Positions 50,788-63,910 of a stretch of 64,000 nucleotides of DNA are shown here, piece by piece. A program made the translations under genes and the position numbers. The notes below the pieces were generated by a model. It had not been told where the DNA came from. It did no database searches and saw only the letters and a program-made list of their open reading frames with translations. Numbering within the stretch: position 1 is the stretch's first letter; every line of letters starts with the position of its first letter. Source of the DNA: Selaginella moellendorffii (lineage: Eukaryota > Plantae > Lycopodiophyta); assembly GCF_000143415.4 (NCBI RefSeq), contig NW_003314268.1:511117-575116 (forward strand). The letters are read 5' to 3'.

Positions 50788-51485
50788 GAGAACGCTCTTC
50801 ACCCTAAAATATGGAGTTCGTTGTGTTATAAAAGGAAACCAACACACACGCTGCAAGGGAATGATGGTACATAAAGCACGTAAGCCCACAATATGGGTTT
50901 ATGTGCCATTAATATGGGCCACACGCCATATTATTAGATTTATGCACGTGTGATTGGTAAATGCATATGTTACATCATCTTTGTTTTACCTCACACACTA
51001 TATCAGGCCTAATGAACCATATCACATGTGTGCACATGCTATATATATGGAGAAGTATTATGCAAGGATAGAAAAATTCAATGCATGATTGTGGAGAGCA
51101 ATGGCATGAAGCCACATGCTAAATAACATTTTAGAGAAAGAATTAAAATAAAAACATGCAAACAGTACTTAGAAGTGCACAATTGAATGAGGTATTTCTA
51201 ATAAATATTTCACTCACCTCATATAAGAATGGCTACCACTCTCAAATGGCGTATCGCCTCATGCCATCACCTCGCAATTTATTATAACAATCCGATGAAT
51301 TCATATTCGGCTTGTTCACCTTGAACTTTAAGTAAGATTTGCTAGAACAACTAAGAATTTATACTTGTTATTTGTATCATCTCACCTAGGAATGGCGTAA
51401 GGCCACATGCCATCACGCCTCCTCTGATTCAGATTCGGATTGTTCACCTTGAAATAAAATACATTAGAAACTTAGTAAAGGAATA

Positions 51486-54400
51486 TTAATGAATCTCACC
51501 TTGAACCCGGGTTATGAATGCTTTTGCTGCATCTCTTGCATGGTCTGGCAAGGTGATGGTGGCACTCTGCTTCCGCATCCAACCATGCACAACATTATCC
51601 ACCAATATGCTCATGCTGGGATCCCTTGGATTCAGCACCCATCTCTTTTCTAGGCAATCCTTCGTATATCCGGAACTTGGCTTGAACCACTCCACAGTTA
51701 CATTGAAGGAGTTAGTTTCCGCGTCCTCCTTTGCATCAGTGATGCAACGCCCCACGCATATCATTTGTTTTTTATTACTGGGTCTAACAAGCACGACCAT
51801 TCCTTTGCAGACCTGTACTGGATTGAATGCTGAATCCAGCTTCTTGTTCCTCGGCCCACAATAGTGATCCTCAACATCGTTATCTGTCACTGCATTTCCA
51901 GAGGACATTGTTCCGCTACTATCTGGTGCTCTGGGTTCTGGCCAAAAGGACTCTTCCAATTCTTCATATACAACCGGCCCATTTTGGATAGCAGATATAA
52001 TCTTCTCCCAGTATTCGAGCAAATGCTTGCACCTCTGAAAATAGGATTCTCCACCAAACACCAACCCCCTCTTCCAGAAGGCAATATGCTGTCTAATCCC
52101 GGCCACTATACTTTCCTGGTCTTTGAGTCCATCCGGGTGCATCGGCCGTGGGGAACCCTGAGGAATCATAGGTTCCCCAGTTATGGGATCTCTCTTGAAG
52201 AGTTCAATGCCGTCCACTGGCAGCCACACTGTGTCCCATTCACTCATCTTGTACCTCATCACTGGAGCACCGTCACGCATGCTGAAATGAAACTGAAGAG
52301 GCTTGGAGTGGCCAATCAGCGTTTTGGATCCGTCCCTGATGTAGCCTCTTACAAACCCCTTAAAGTCTGGAACCTCTGTCACAAGTGCAGCTTCAACAGT
52401 GCCTTTGATGCAATTTTGGAATTCATCGTAGAGTTGTGGGAGGGTGAGGACATTGGATCGCCGGAGGGACTCTGCCAGGTGATTGAACATGGCATCGACG
52501 TCTTCATGAGTGTGCCCAACCATGAGAAAGCCAAGTGTAACCGTTTCAAATATGCCTTTGGCAACAAGCATCGCCAAGTACGCGAAGACGTACATATTTT
52601 TGTTCTCACTGCCAGCATTGTCTGTTTGGAGCAGAAGATGGGGTGGAAGGCCACATCGGCCGCAAGAACTTCCTTGAGATTCTGCTTCGTTTGGATGAGG
52701 CTGTGCATTCACCGGGCGACCAGCCTCGTCGGAATGGCATGAGGCCTCACGTGATAACCCTACAATCTGACGGCCAACATATTCACTGGGATGGCATGGG
52801 GCCCCACGCGATACTGCAAGCCTTTGCTCCTCCTCCAGCTGAACCCTGTATGGGGTTCGATCGACAAGGGCCTTATGCAAGGGTTGGCCGTTCAGCTCAG
52901 TCTGCACACTTTGTAGAGACCTTAAGTGTTTTGCTAGGGACGCAATCATCATGTTTGCACCCCCGCCACCCCATAGAGGTACAAAGAAGTTCCCATAGTT
53001 CTGGGCACCATGCCCATGAGCGATTATGCCAAACAGAGACACAGGCAGCTGCATGGATGAAGAGATTGCCTTGGGGGCAGGATTGAGTCGAGGTAAGCAC
53101 ATCTTTTTCTGGTCCATTTTGTCGTGGATGATGCAGAGGTAAGAGTCAGGTCTCTCCATGGAGAGAATCCTGTTATGATAATATGCAGTCCTGCAGCTTC
53201 TCTGCTCGATGTTGTGGTCGAGCCGCCTTCTAACCAATGTCTCTCGCTCTTGAGCGCTGCAAGAATTCTTCGACAAAGCCATTTTGATAGCAATGCACTC
53301 GTCACACTTTGAAAAGCTGAAGTACTTTCCTATACTCACATCTCTGAACCTGTTGCTCCACAATCTACTAAATCTAGATTGGCTCAGCTTCCTGTAGCCA
53401 TTACTCTGGAGTTCCCGATTCACATCTTCCAATATGGCCCCCTTGGTATACATGGAAGGGAGAACTCGTTGGGTGTCTCGTGTTCCATCTTCCAAGAGGC
53501 GGGTTTTATGTGGTTGCTGCTCGCTACATGTCTCGACAAACCTCTTGAAGATTGCCTCTCCATATACAACATGACCCCTGGTTTTGTGCGTACCGTCGTT
53601 CCCATGGACTGCCTGTTGAACCCTTTGTTCCTCGAACTCAGTTTTGATTCTGTAGAATGTGGTTCGAGGGACTCCATAAATGATTCTCCATGCCTTCATG
53701 CAGACCAAACCCCTCTAGAAGACCATGCCCCCCACCTGATGTTCTGAAGCATCAACAGATGACCGTAATGCCTCATACACAAAATTGCGAGCTGCCTTCC
53801 AGGACAATGTCTTGTATTTTGCTCTCTCCTCTTCAATAGCATCCCAATCAGCATGTTGACAGCACCTCCTCTTGCAACAAGCAACTGTTGAGACCATTCG
53901 AACCTCTATCGCCATTTTCTGCCTTTTCGGTTTGTTGCTCAGATCCCTTTGGCTGCACTTTAGGAAGGTGTACTTTCTTTTCCCATGAAGAGATGTTCTG
54001 TCATCAGTTGTAGTGGTGTTTGATTGTGAATCCTTCACATTCTCAAACACTAAGTGCCTCAATTTCCACCGCACAATGCTTCCAATAGTCAGACTGTTTT
54101 CTTCTGTGTCAACAACCTCTAAAATCGCAACTCCAATATCATCCCAGCCCAATTCTTGATTAGCAACCGCATCTCTTGGATCGACAACTGTGGCTAAGCC
54201 CTCAGCTACCACCTCCCCCTCGGGGTTGTTTAGAAACACCTTTGCCTGAATCCATGTAGCATGGTTCTTAAGATCCACGAAGGGAACATGCGTCGCACTT
54301 GCGCTGTCCCCAACATCTGCTTTCTTCTGAAGATTTTTCAAGGCAACAACAACATTTACCCCGACGACCATCTCTCCTCGTTCAATAGCGACCACATTCC

Positions 54401-54554
54401 CATCGAAGAAAGTCTCTACTGATACAGTAGCATTGCCTTCCCCAAGCCCTTGACAGTGTATAACAAAGTTCCAATCCATAGACACAAGGGTCCCTTTTGC
54501 AACTCTCTTCCCACCATTCAAAATGTAAACCTTTTCCCCAACCCTGAAGGCCAT
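51486..54554 (-). pseudogene. Transposase copy 2 with one premature stop
   Basis: Collinear with 31873-34941; CAG>TAG at 53715-53717 splits the ORF. Confidence 0.85.
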
Positions 54555-55866
54555 TCTGAAAGTGCAGAAAAAAAGTTAAGACCATACAAAAAATGATTGG
54601 AGAATGGCCTAAATCATAACATACCAAACAACCTCAATAGCATTGATATGTCACAATGCCCCTAGGACCATAAACACATTTCAATAGAGAGGGTCCTTTC
54701 ATTTCATAACTCCTTACGTAGATCTTGGTGAAACCAAAGTTAGTGAAGTTAGTTTCTTGTGATCCTGCATCTGATTGTGATGTCCCTTTGCAGTGTCGAT
54801 GGAAAGGTCAATGCACACCAAACTGTAAAATCTTGGAGCAAAATAACGGTCGGATCTATGGCAAATGCCCCTGAAACATTGTAAGGCTCGTGTGGTCTCA
54901 TGTGGTGTCTGATCGAGATGCTTCTTTGCAGGGTCATCAAGAAAGACATTGTATACCATTCTGTAAAATCTAGTTGTGATCTAACGGTTGGATCTCCAGA
55001 AAACTCCAAAAAATCTCGCGCGTGTTAGAATATTCTAGGAATATACTCCTATGTGCCCCTGAAAATGGCATGCGGCCCCACGCCATTCAAGAGATAACGC
55101 CAGATGACGCCGAGCATTTTTTGGTGCATTTTTTGGGATCAAAATTGCATGAGCACAAAATTACATTGTATACCATTCTTTATTTAGCTGAACATCTGGC
55201 ATTTTTGGAAATACAAGATGCTTTGGAATATCCAATCATGCATGGTATAAATATAGCGAGGGTATTAAATGATATCCCAATCATGATCTTTCTTTTGGAT
55301 TTCGCGTGCATGCAGTCTGAGGAATGATGACGTTGTGGATTTCTTTTGGATTTCACGTGCATGCATGCGCGCGGCGACCCAGAAATTAATGGTGGCGCCC
55401 AAGTCCGAGGAATGATGACGTGGCGGGATTACCAACCGTCGTGACATTTCGCGCGTGTGAGGTTAGGTTTTGCATTTTGCTTCGTACTCGCGCTCGCACA
55501 CTCGCGCTCGCATCGCGCTCCCACTTGCAATCACGCTCACATTCGCGTTCATCTACCTTCTCTACAGGTTTCTCGTGTGCATCGGCGTCCACTCGCGCTT
55601 GCATCACACTCGCGCTCACATCGCACTCGCATCGCGCTCGTGTGCATCGGCGTCCACTTCAAGACACACCCAGTTTGTAACTTCGCCGCCAACTCCGCCG
55701 CCCACTCCGCCACCCACACGCAGCCCACTTGGCGTCCCGGGAGATTTCAGCGCCACTCTCCAACTGTAAGTGGCAGAGTAGCCTTGCTGCTACGATCCGC
55801 TACACACACAGTGCACATTCGCCAGCGAGTCCGGCCTCGATTGTCACGGCCTCCATTCGGCTTCAA

Positions 55867-58800
55867 ATGGTAAGTCTTTTAGGCCAAGTAGAAAATGGCA
55901 TGAGGCCACATGCCATTCAGTAGCAACATTGGCATGCACCGATTGGGCTCTCGAGTGCAGTCCGGTTATAGATGGCGTGTAGCCTCACGCCATCTTAGGA
56001 TGCAGCCTCAAGACATCTGATGCAGTGGTGAATGGCATGTGGCCTCACGTTATTTCCAGCTGCTAGCTTTTCATCTGTCAGCTCTAATTGTTGTGCATTT
56101 CTGAACAGGCGAGGAATTGCGTTCTTCTTCCAGCCACTATCAATGTGGATGCAGAGAAGGGGGAGGAGCTCACCAGTTGGACTTTCGGGATGGAAGGCGA
56201 GGATCTGAGGCTGTACAACACAGATGGTGGGAGAAAAGAATGCATGGGGATCCTCATCCAAGTGACAGACACTCCATGCAGTTCCATGCAAGAATATGGA
56301 CTGGCACTTGTGGTAGAGACAGCGTCCGCCTTCAAGATCCACCTTGCACATCCTAGCGGCTTCCCGGAGGGGGGCAGCAGCTATGAGGAATTCCTAGAGG
56401 GAGCTAGGGAGAGGTTGTCCAGGAGGCCCATAATTTCAAAGACGCTGCGGGTCTATGAAGATCACATGGAATCCACGGACCTCACCTATGGCGATGTTCA
56501 AAAACTATATTCCAACATTGAGCCGTTGAGAGTGCCTCCAGTTCACGAAGCGAAGGGGAAGGGGGTCGATCTGGAAACTACCCCGAAGCAGAAAAGGGTG
56601 GTCAAGCTCAAGCCGACGTCCGACTCTCCTGCAGCTCCAAAAAAGAAGCTACTCGGTGATGCCATTGCCTCGGGTTCGAACACTACACCCACCAAAAAGA
56701 AGAGCCGCAAAGAGCAGAAAGAGCAAGAAGAGGCAGCAAAAATCGTCGCAGATAATAGTACTTGTTACTATTCCAACAAAGTATATACAATCGACGTGAG
56801 CCGTATCGAGATCCAAAGCAAATACAACCACAGGCTAGTATCTGATGAGTGGGTGGAGAAACTGAAGTAGAAGATGCTGGCAAGTCTAGTAACACCCGAC
56901 ATCGCAGACGTGATCCCCTACTACCGAACAATGAAGGGCGAGACAAGGTTTCCAGACTTGATCAATAGGAAGGTGTTGGACGATCAGAACATCCGGTTCT
57001 ATGCCGTCTCCGGGCTTGGCGATGCAAAAGATAGTTGTGGATATTATGGTGGGCGAGGAGGTGAAGAAAGTCTTCAAGACAAGAGTTGTCCGCCTGATAA
57101 AAGGCAACTCGCCCCTCCGATCTATCATATCCATCTCCCACGCGCAGAATGTTAAGCAAGAAACGTGCTACAAATTGGGTCTGCATGAGACATTGGCACG
57201 AACACGGAAGCTCTGGGTTCAACTGAAGAAGCCACAAAAACCAGGACAAGGACGTGCACTAGCAACTAGCGCCTGGCAGGTAAGCCTCGTTGCATGTGGC
57301 ATAGCATGTGGCCTCACGCCATTTCCATTGCAGGAATTCTCGAGTCTTCTCTCGAAAACACTGGGGGTCAATGACACACTCAACATCCATAACATTCTAC
57401 TCGCGACAAAAGTTGTTTTTGACAAATGGGTAGATGTGCTGAGGAGGTACCATGACGGGGAGTTGCTAAACTCAATGGGTGTGGAGGACGGCCGGAAGCC
57501 CAATGATTTGAAGCTCAACGCCTTGCGTTTCTCGCGGTCTCTAGACGACGACAACCTTCTGACAGTGGCTAATGCTCTTCTACATGGTGAGGTAGTCTTC
57601 AACAAGACCAAAATGACTCCCGGCCATATTGTGACATACGAGGACTTGTGCACGACTCTGAGAGCTCGTGCGCTATTGAAGGATTGGATCTTCGAGCAAG
57701 TGGAGTGAGCATCGACACCACGCAAGAGATGATGGAAGAGCTGGAGTTGTCAAATGAAGACATCGACGACTACGTGAAGGGGGCCCCCAAGTTCATCGAT
57801 CTGCTGCGGGATGCCATGAAAAGTAAAGCTGAGAAGTTGGATCAGTATCCAAATTTCATTAAGAGGGATGTCGACCGCCGGCTTCAGAAACAACTCAACC
57901 CCGCAGCAGAGGCCTATCGAGAACCTTACCGGGTATACGTGAATTCAGATGAGGATCAAAGGTGGAGGAGCATCGTTTCCCGCGGAGATGAGCAGGTCAA
58001 GAACATCTTTTGTGTGATGGACTTCACAAACGAGGAGATCACTCATGCAGATGAAGTCAGCTCCATCATTGACTTAATGGTGGGACTTGCGGAGGTGGAA
58101 TCTTCAGTCCACTATATGATCTACGACTCCGAATCCTATCACAAGTTCTAGAAGGCCTTGAACGAGGTGAAGGCTCGGTTGAAAGGCAAGGAGATGCAGG
58201 AGATCCATGGGATAATGGCTAAGAAGAAGATACCGATGAATGTCCGCATCTTCACACTCGCCCTTGTTATTGGTCCTGCAGCAGAGTGGGACTGGAGTGA
58301 CTTCCCAGCTTCGTTCGACAAGGCCGATCGAATTGATCTGAGGGAGGTCAATTTACCCGTGCCTGAGGAACTGAAGACGGCTATGGAGCTTTCGAATCCA
58401 GAGAAAGCTCCAGGTGCAGCATGGGAAATGCTCAACTGGGTCTTCAACGCAATAGCACCTGCTTCCGACTCCAAGGGCAAATGCGTTGTCGAGTACAACT
58501 GCGGTGGACTATTCTTTCGAGCTGCACTACTCAAGGGTGTCCTGTGTGTTGCGGTGACAAACTCCATTGAAGAGGTGACTTCAATGAAGCATATAATTAC
58601 AGTTGCCAAAGAAAAACAGTATCTTCTCTGCGAACCTGGTGAGTACGCACTTTAAGTTTAAATGTTATCTCACAAGCTCTGTATGCAGGAGCGTGGCCAC
58701 CGCCAGATGCTGAAACAGCGTTAACAGCTACTATTGGGCCGAGCTCACAACCTGCACAAGGTAAGGTCACGTGAGGCCTCACGCCATTTTGATTATAGAT

Positions 58801-61379
58801 CGTTGTGAATATTCAGACACGAGGACTGAAAAGCGCACTGGTGGCGTGTCGAAGAAGGACAAACAGACAAGCAATAGGAAAAAAGGAGGTACAAATTATA
58901 TTTGCAATGGCGTGTGGTCTCATGCCATTCCTTGCAGGAGACACTTCTTCAAAGGCAAAACAGGCAAGCACCAGCCAAGCTCAAACTGACAGTGGTCATA
59001 AAAAGCGAAAGCACGTTGGACAGTCGTCGGGATCAGAGGTGTTTGATTCGAAAAGGAAGAAGGGCAACGAAAAGATGATAGGTAATACCTCGCGGTCACC
59101 ACCTCCTGACTCAAATTCCTATGGCGGACTCCCCTTCCCCAATCTCAATGGAGAGGTACAATGGATGAGGGATGCTTTTCAAGTCAGGGCCACGTTTTTC
59201 TCATCTCGTCGTCTTTAAAGGGTGCAAGAACGTGCAGAAACCATGTTAAGACAGTCGGGTGAGGATACGGTCCTAGGTCACGCACTAAAACAGGCTATGG
59301 ATGTCTTGTATTTTGAGATGGAGACTCGACCAGATGATTTTCCCAAGATGGTCCTGGAAGAACAAGCCATCCAACCTGAGCAGCCTATGGAAGAAATGCA
59401 GGAGGGGGATGAGGAGCCAGAGAAAGATAATGAGCAGGAAGAGCAGAAGGACGAAGAGGAGGACGAAGAAGAGGAGGACGAAGAGGACTTGGATGGTCCT
59501 CACAATGGTGACGATCACAATAACAACGACGACGATGATGACGACGATGGCCAGCCTAAGGTGGCCAAAGAGCAGCGGAGGAAGGTCATACAAGACAAAC
59601 CATCAGGTAAATAATAGTACATCCATTCCTAACCTTTTACCATTTCTAACATTGTCCATGTAGGTTGCAAAGCAAATGGTAAGTAGAGATTATTCAGTTG
59701 AATTAAGATACAAACTCTAGCCTTTAGTGTCGAGGAAGGATAGTGCCAAGCAAGGTCGAAACGTATGTCCAATCCTTCAGAATCAGCAGTGCGCCCAAGT
59801 GATATCGGTCCTAGTTCCTTAATAACAGTTGATGGTAAATACAGTATAGTCGATTCAATGTGCTAATGAGTTTGTTTTTAGTAGCCAGTAGGGAGGATAC
59901 CATCTCAATCGAAGGGAGATATTTGGACATGCATATGGATCCGCCAGTGGACTCTACTTGCCTGCAAGAGTCATCAGAGCTGGTGGAGGCTACTATCCAT
60001 ATCAATGCCAAGCAAGCTGACCACGCTCCACTTGATGCTGCCCATACCACTGAGTCAATCTTGTCTACGTATCCAACTGACGGTGACCAGGCGCCATTGG
60101 ACCCGCATGAGGCCGCCCCAGCCGCCGAGCCGGTCGTATCCTCATTTCCAACGGACTCAACGTGTGCCCAATCGTCTGACTACGCGCCGTTGGAACCTCC
60201 CTACACCGCCCCTGCTGCCTGTTCAGTCATGTCCACTTTGCCAACGGAGGCACCAGCTGAAATGGCGTGTGATCACACGCCATCGGAACCACCCCATGCC
60301 ACTGTTGAGCCAGTTGTACCAGAGTCTACAGCTGAAATGGCATGTGCCCACACGCCATTGGATGCGATTGACCCCACATTGCAGAGGAGAGTATTTCCGC
60401 CCTTCACGTTTCCTCGACCAAAACCCTCTGAACGACCATCGGGAGCACCATTCGCTAATATTGTAGATGGTAAAATTGACTTGTACCATTTTTTATGCTG
60501 ACGCATTTCATTTCAGAGTCACGGCGAAAGTACTGTATCGTTTTTGATCTGAACGGTGTCCTTTTCTCCCATGAGCGTGGCTCGTCCTCGAATGTCACTG
60601 CACCCTCCAAAGCCTGCGGTCGCAAGTTGGTCAAAAGAGACAGATTCACATTAATCACACGGGAGAAACTACGGGATCTAATAATGACCATGCGACACTT
60701 AAAACAGAGGGCCGGGTTCAATTTGCAATTGGGAGTTTGGACATCCATGATGCGCCACAATGCATTAACGTTGCTACAGATGATGCACGATCAGACGCGA
60801 GTAATATTACCATTTGACTTTCTCCTAACGCAGGAGGATTGCTTGACTATGGTCCATGTGAGGGGTAGCAAGCCCATCTTCGTCAAGCCAGAGGCTGTAG
60901 TGATGAACCGGACTGCTAGGTCAAGTGAAATCCTCATCATCGATGACTCGCCGATTAAAACTGCAGCGAACACGCACACATATGCAGTGCACCCCATCTC
61001 TTGCAGTATGGAAACTAGGGAGAAGAAACCGTATGTTCTGGGGGACCTTGCAAAACGGCTTGGAGCGATGGTGATAGAGAACCAGCCAGTCCAGGAGGTG
61101 GCTGCAGAAATCAACCAAATGGCAGATGGAACGGTATATCAGAAGCCATTTGATCGGACAGACACCAGTCATCATTTATGGCATGTATATTGTCTAGCCA
61201 AGCACTATCCGCATCTCCATAATCTGCTCAACCGGATGGGTTCTTCGACCACTGAACATGAGCGTGGACGTATTAGAGAAGAGATGGCATTACTATTGGG
61301 TTTAAATCCTGATAGTGTGGAGAGTGATGAAATTCCAAGATTATTGTATAGGCGTTGGAGGCAAAAAATAACAGTTTGA
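55867..61379 (+). pseudogene. Transposon cargo gene copy 2 (ParB-like / MTase-like / HAD phosphatase), disrupted
   Basis: Same exon structure. Stops at 56868, 58149 and 59216, plus the TAG shared with copy 1. An 11-bp deletion at ~57013 removes the GQHS motif; ~10 bp deleted near 57704. Confidence 0.75.
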
Positions 61380-61830
61380 GATGGCATGTATTTATTTAAA
61401 AATGTAACTTATTATGGCATGGGGTTCCATGCCATTGTATTAATATTAAAAGACAATTCTTTGAGAGGATTTGCATTATACTAGAAGTGTTACAACATGT
61501 TACAACATGTTATTGGAAGTCTACGAAGTTGTTTTATTAATAAGGGGAAAGTAAATATTGAATGGGGACTTGGGCTCCACCTAGACTCGGAGCAACTGAG
61601 CCAATATTAAAAGGATGGAAAGAAATTGGACAACGATGACAAGGAGAAGAGAGAGGTGAAGCAGTGGCAGGGGGAGGAGAAGTGATTGAGTAGACATTTC
61701 CTTGTTTAAAATAAAATGGTATGTGCCTCAATGCAGTTGAATTTTGTTATATTTATATACTATATAAAGGTTTGGAAACCTTATTTTACAAGTGGGATAA
61801 TGACAATTCCCACTTTAACGAAATAGAGCT

Positions 61831-62476
61831 TCCATTAAGATTCTAGCTCAAGAATTTATAATCAAGCACAAGACTTCAACACCGTACTACCCTCAAAGCA
61901 ATGGTCAAACAGAGTTTACAAATAAGACATTTAAGAATATCCTTAAGAAAATCGTGAAGATAAATAAAAAAGACTGGGATGATCACATCCACAACACTCT
62001 ATAGCATATCAAACCATATATAGGGTTTCAACAAATTCGACATAAGTCGCCTAAAGCATAAAAGCTTTGACACCACTCAAGTACATCATCACTGCAAATG
62101 GCAATATATTATGAGATCAACTAAGAAAAATCAATCAAGAGAAAACTACCAACACTAGAAAAGCTTGACAAAGAAGACTATAAATAATTTAGACACTTGA
62201 TGCCATTCAATCTTGAAAAAAAACCAACCATGATAGAAAAAAAAGACTAAAGAAAAATAAAGAAAATGATCAAGTACTCTAGTTTGGAGGAAACATTGAG
62301 AAAATTGACTCTAAAGTAAAGTCAAGATGGGAAGGACCATTCCTCATCCAAAAATTCAAAGCTTCGGGAACAGTAGCAATCACAACACTCGATGGCAAGC
62401 ATCTCTAAATTGTTAACCTCAACAAGCTCAAGAAATACTAATTGTATGACTCAAATATCATCAACAACAACCTTGA
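61831..62476 (+). repeat. Second copy of the 646-bp integrase-derived spacer
   Basis: Appears identical to 49239-49884. Confidence 0.92.
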
Positions 62477-62643
62477 AGCTCTATTTCGTTAAAGTGGGAT
62501 TTATTCAGTAAAATGGGACTAGGTACAAATTTTTAAGTATTTGAAAATGACGTGAAATTATATGTTTTTTGTCCAGGGGCTAGACATATCTGGGGCATGG
62601 TGACTAGCGCGGTGACTTTGTGTCCAGACTGAGTCCATCTGGT
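62477..62643. mobile_element. Truncated third copy of the TIR transposon (left end only)
   Basis: Left TIR plus ~145 bp; similarity stops after GAGTCCATCTGGT. Confidence 0.9.
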
Positions 62644-63129
62644 AGTCAAGATTATGACTTTGACACTCAAGATTACAATCTTGACAATCAGGATTCAAGA
62701 AGAAGTGGTAGTTGCCACTATGTAGAAGTAGTTAAGAGTGAGAGTTAACACTTGATCTTTATCCCTTATCTCTATTGTACTCTTGCCTATCACCAATGCA
62801 CATCCATTTACTCAAGATTTAGAGTATTTTAGTGATGTCAAGTCTATCTTTACTTATGACCTCTTGCATAAGCCTTCTTGGGAATTGAAGTTCTCAGATT
62901 AGTTTCTAATTAACTTGTGTGTTTCAATAGTTTTTTTTAGAGAAAGAAATACAGTATTAACACAAAAACAATTACATCAAAAGCCCTCTAGTTTTTCTGC
63001 AATCATAGCAGTAAACCATCGCAACTAGTTCTTCACCAAACTCTCTCTCACATCTACAGCAAAATCATAGCAACCTGACTTCACTAGAATCTTTTAGTTT
63101 TCAATGCCACACCCCATCAATAAAGATTT

Positions 63130-63905
63130 GCGATACTTAACACTACTAACTTTGTTCACAATATAGACAAGCTCATGCCACTCTCTATCCAACCAAAAAA
63201 ACTAATCTAATACCAAGCTACTCAAGGAGTAATAACAAGGTTCCCCAAAAAAGAATTAAGCATTATAACCCAAGTCTTCAATAACAAACTTAAACAAAAA
63301 TTGTTTAGCACTTCACTACTATCCATCCCATGACTCACCATTTATAAAACTATCATATTTAATATGCATCAAATCAAGGACTCTTGATTGCATGATGTGA
63401 ATATAAATAATGAGTTCACACCTTGTTGCAAATTATCTCTCTAAAAAAAATTTGATTTACATGTTTGATCCTTCGTTTCTGACAACTCTCTTTTCGGACT
63501 TAATTTGATTAAACCTCAAGCTTGCATTAGCATTGCCTTCAATCCAGTCTAAAAAAAGTTTATGAGAGAGCACATAATGACTACTTAAACCAATCTCTAT
63601 AGTCTTAATTGATCCACTTATAATTATGCATAGGAAGGATTCATTAGTGACGTATTAAATAGCTATGGATTAGCCTATTCACCACTTATAGCAAATCTAA
63701 GGAAGGTTTACTTTTACCCATAATACATGGAACAACTCATGGAACCACTGATTAGCCAACATTAATCTTGCCAACTAAAGTGTAACTTTAAGTTGCTAAT
63801 GTACCTCACTCACAAGCCCAAGTGCAAACTCGTACAAATGGAACATTTCATATACATCTTATGAGCCCAAGCGCAAGTTTATACAATCTAGTATGAAAAA
63901 GTAAC
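63130..63905 (-). mobile_element. Diverged family A internal-region remnant
   Basis: Aligns by eye to ~19650-20440 (e.g. TTTGTTCACAA..GACAAGCTCATGCCACTCTCTATC; CAACTCATGGAACCAC). Confidence 0.75.
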
Positions 63906-63910
63906 TAAAA

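Larger units (their letters stand above)
49885..61830. mobile_element. Large TIR DNA transposon, copy 2 (11,946 bp)
   Basis: Same 23-bp TIRs at 49885-49907 and 61808-61830; same gene content as copy 1. Confidence 0.9.

Noticed and set aside
30901-61435. Palindromic repeats as a CRISPR array
   Set aside because: Irregular spacing (57 bp to kilobases), variable centres, located in introns and CDS, eukaryotic context, no cas genes
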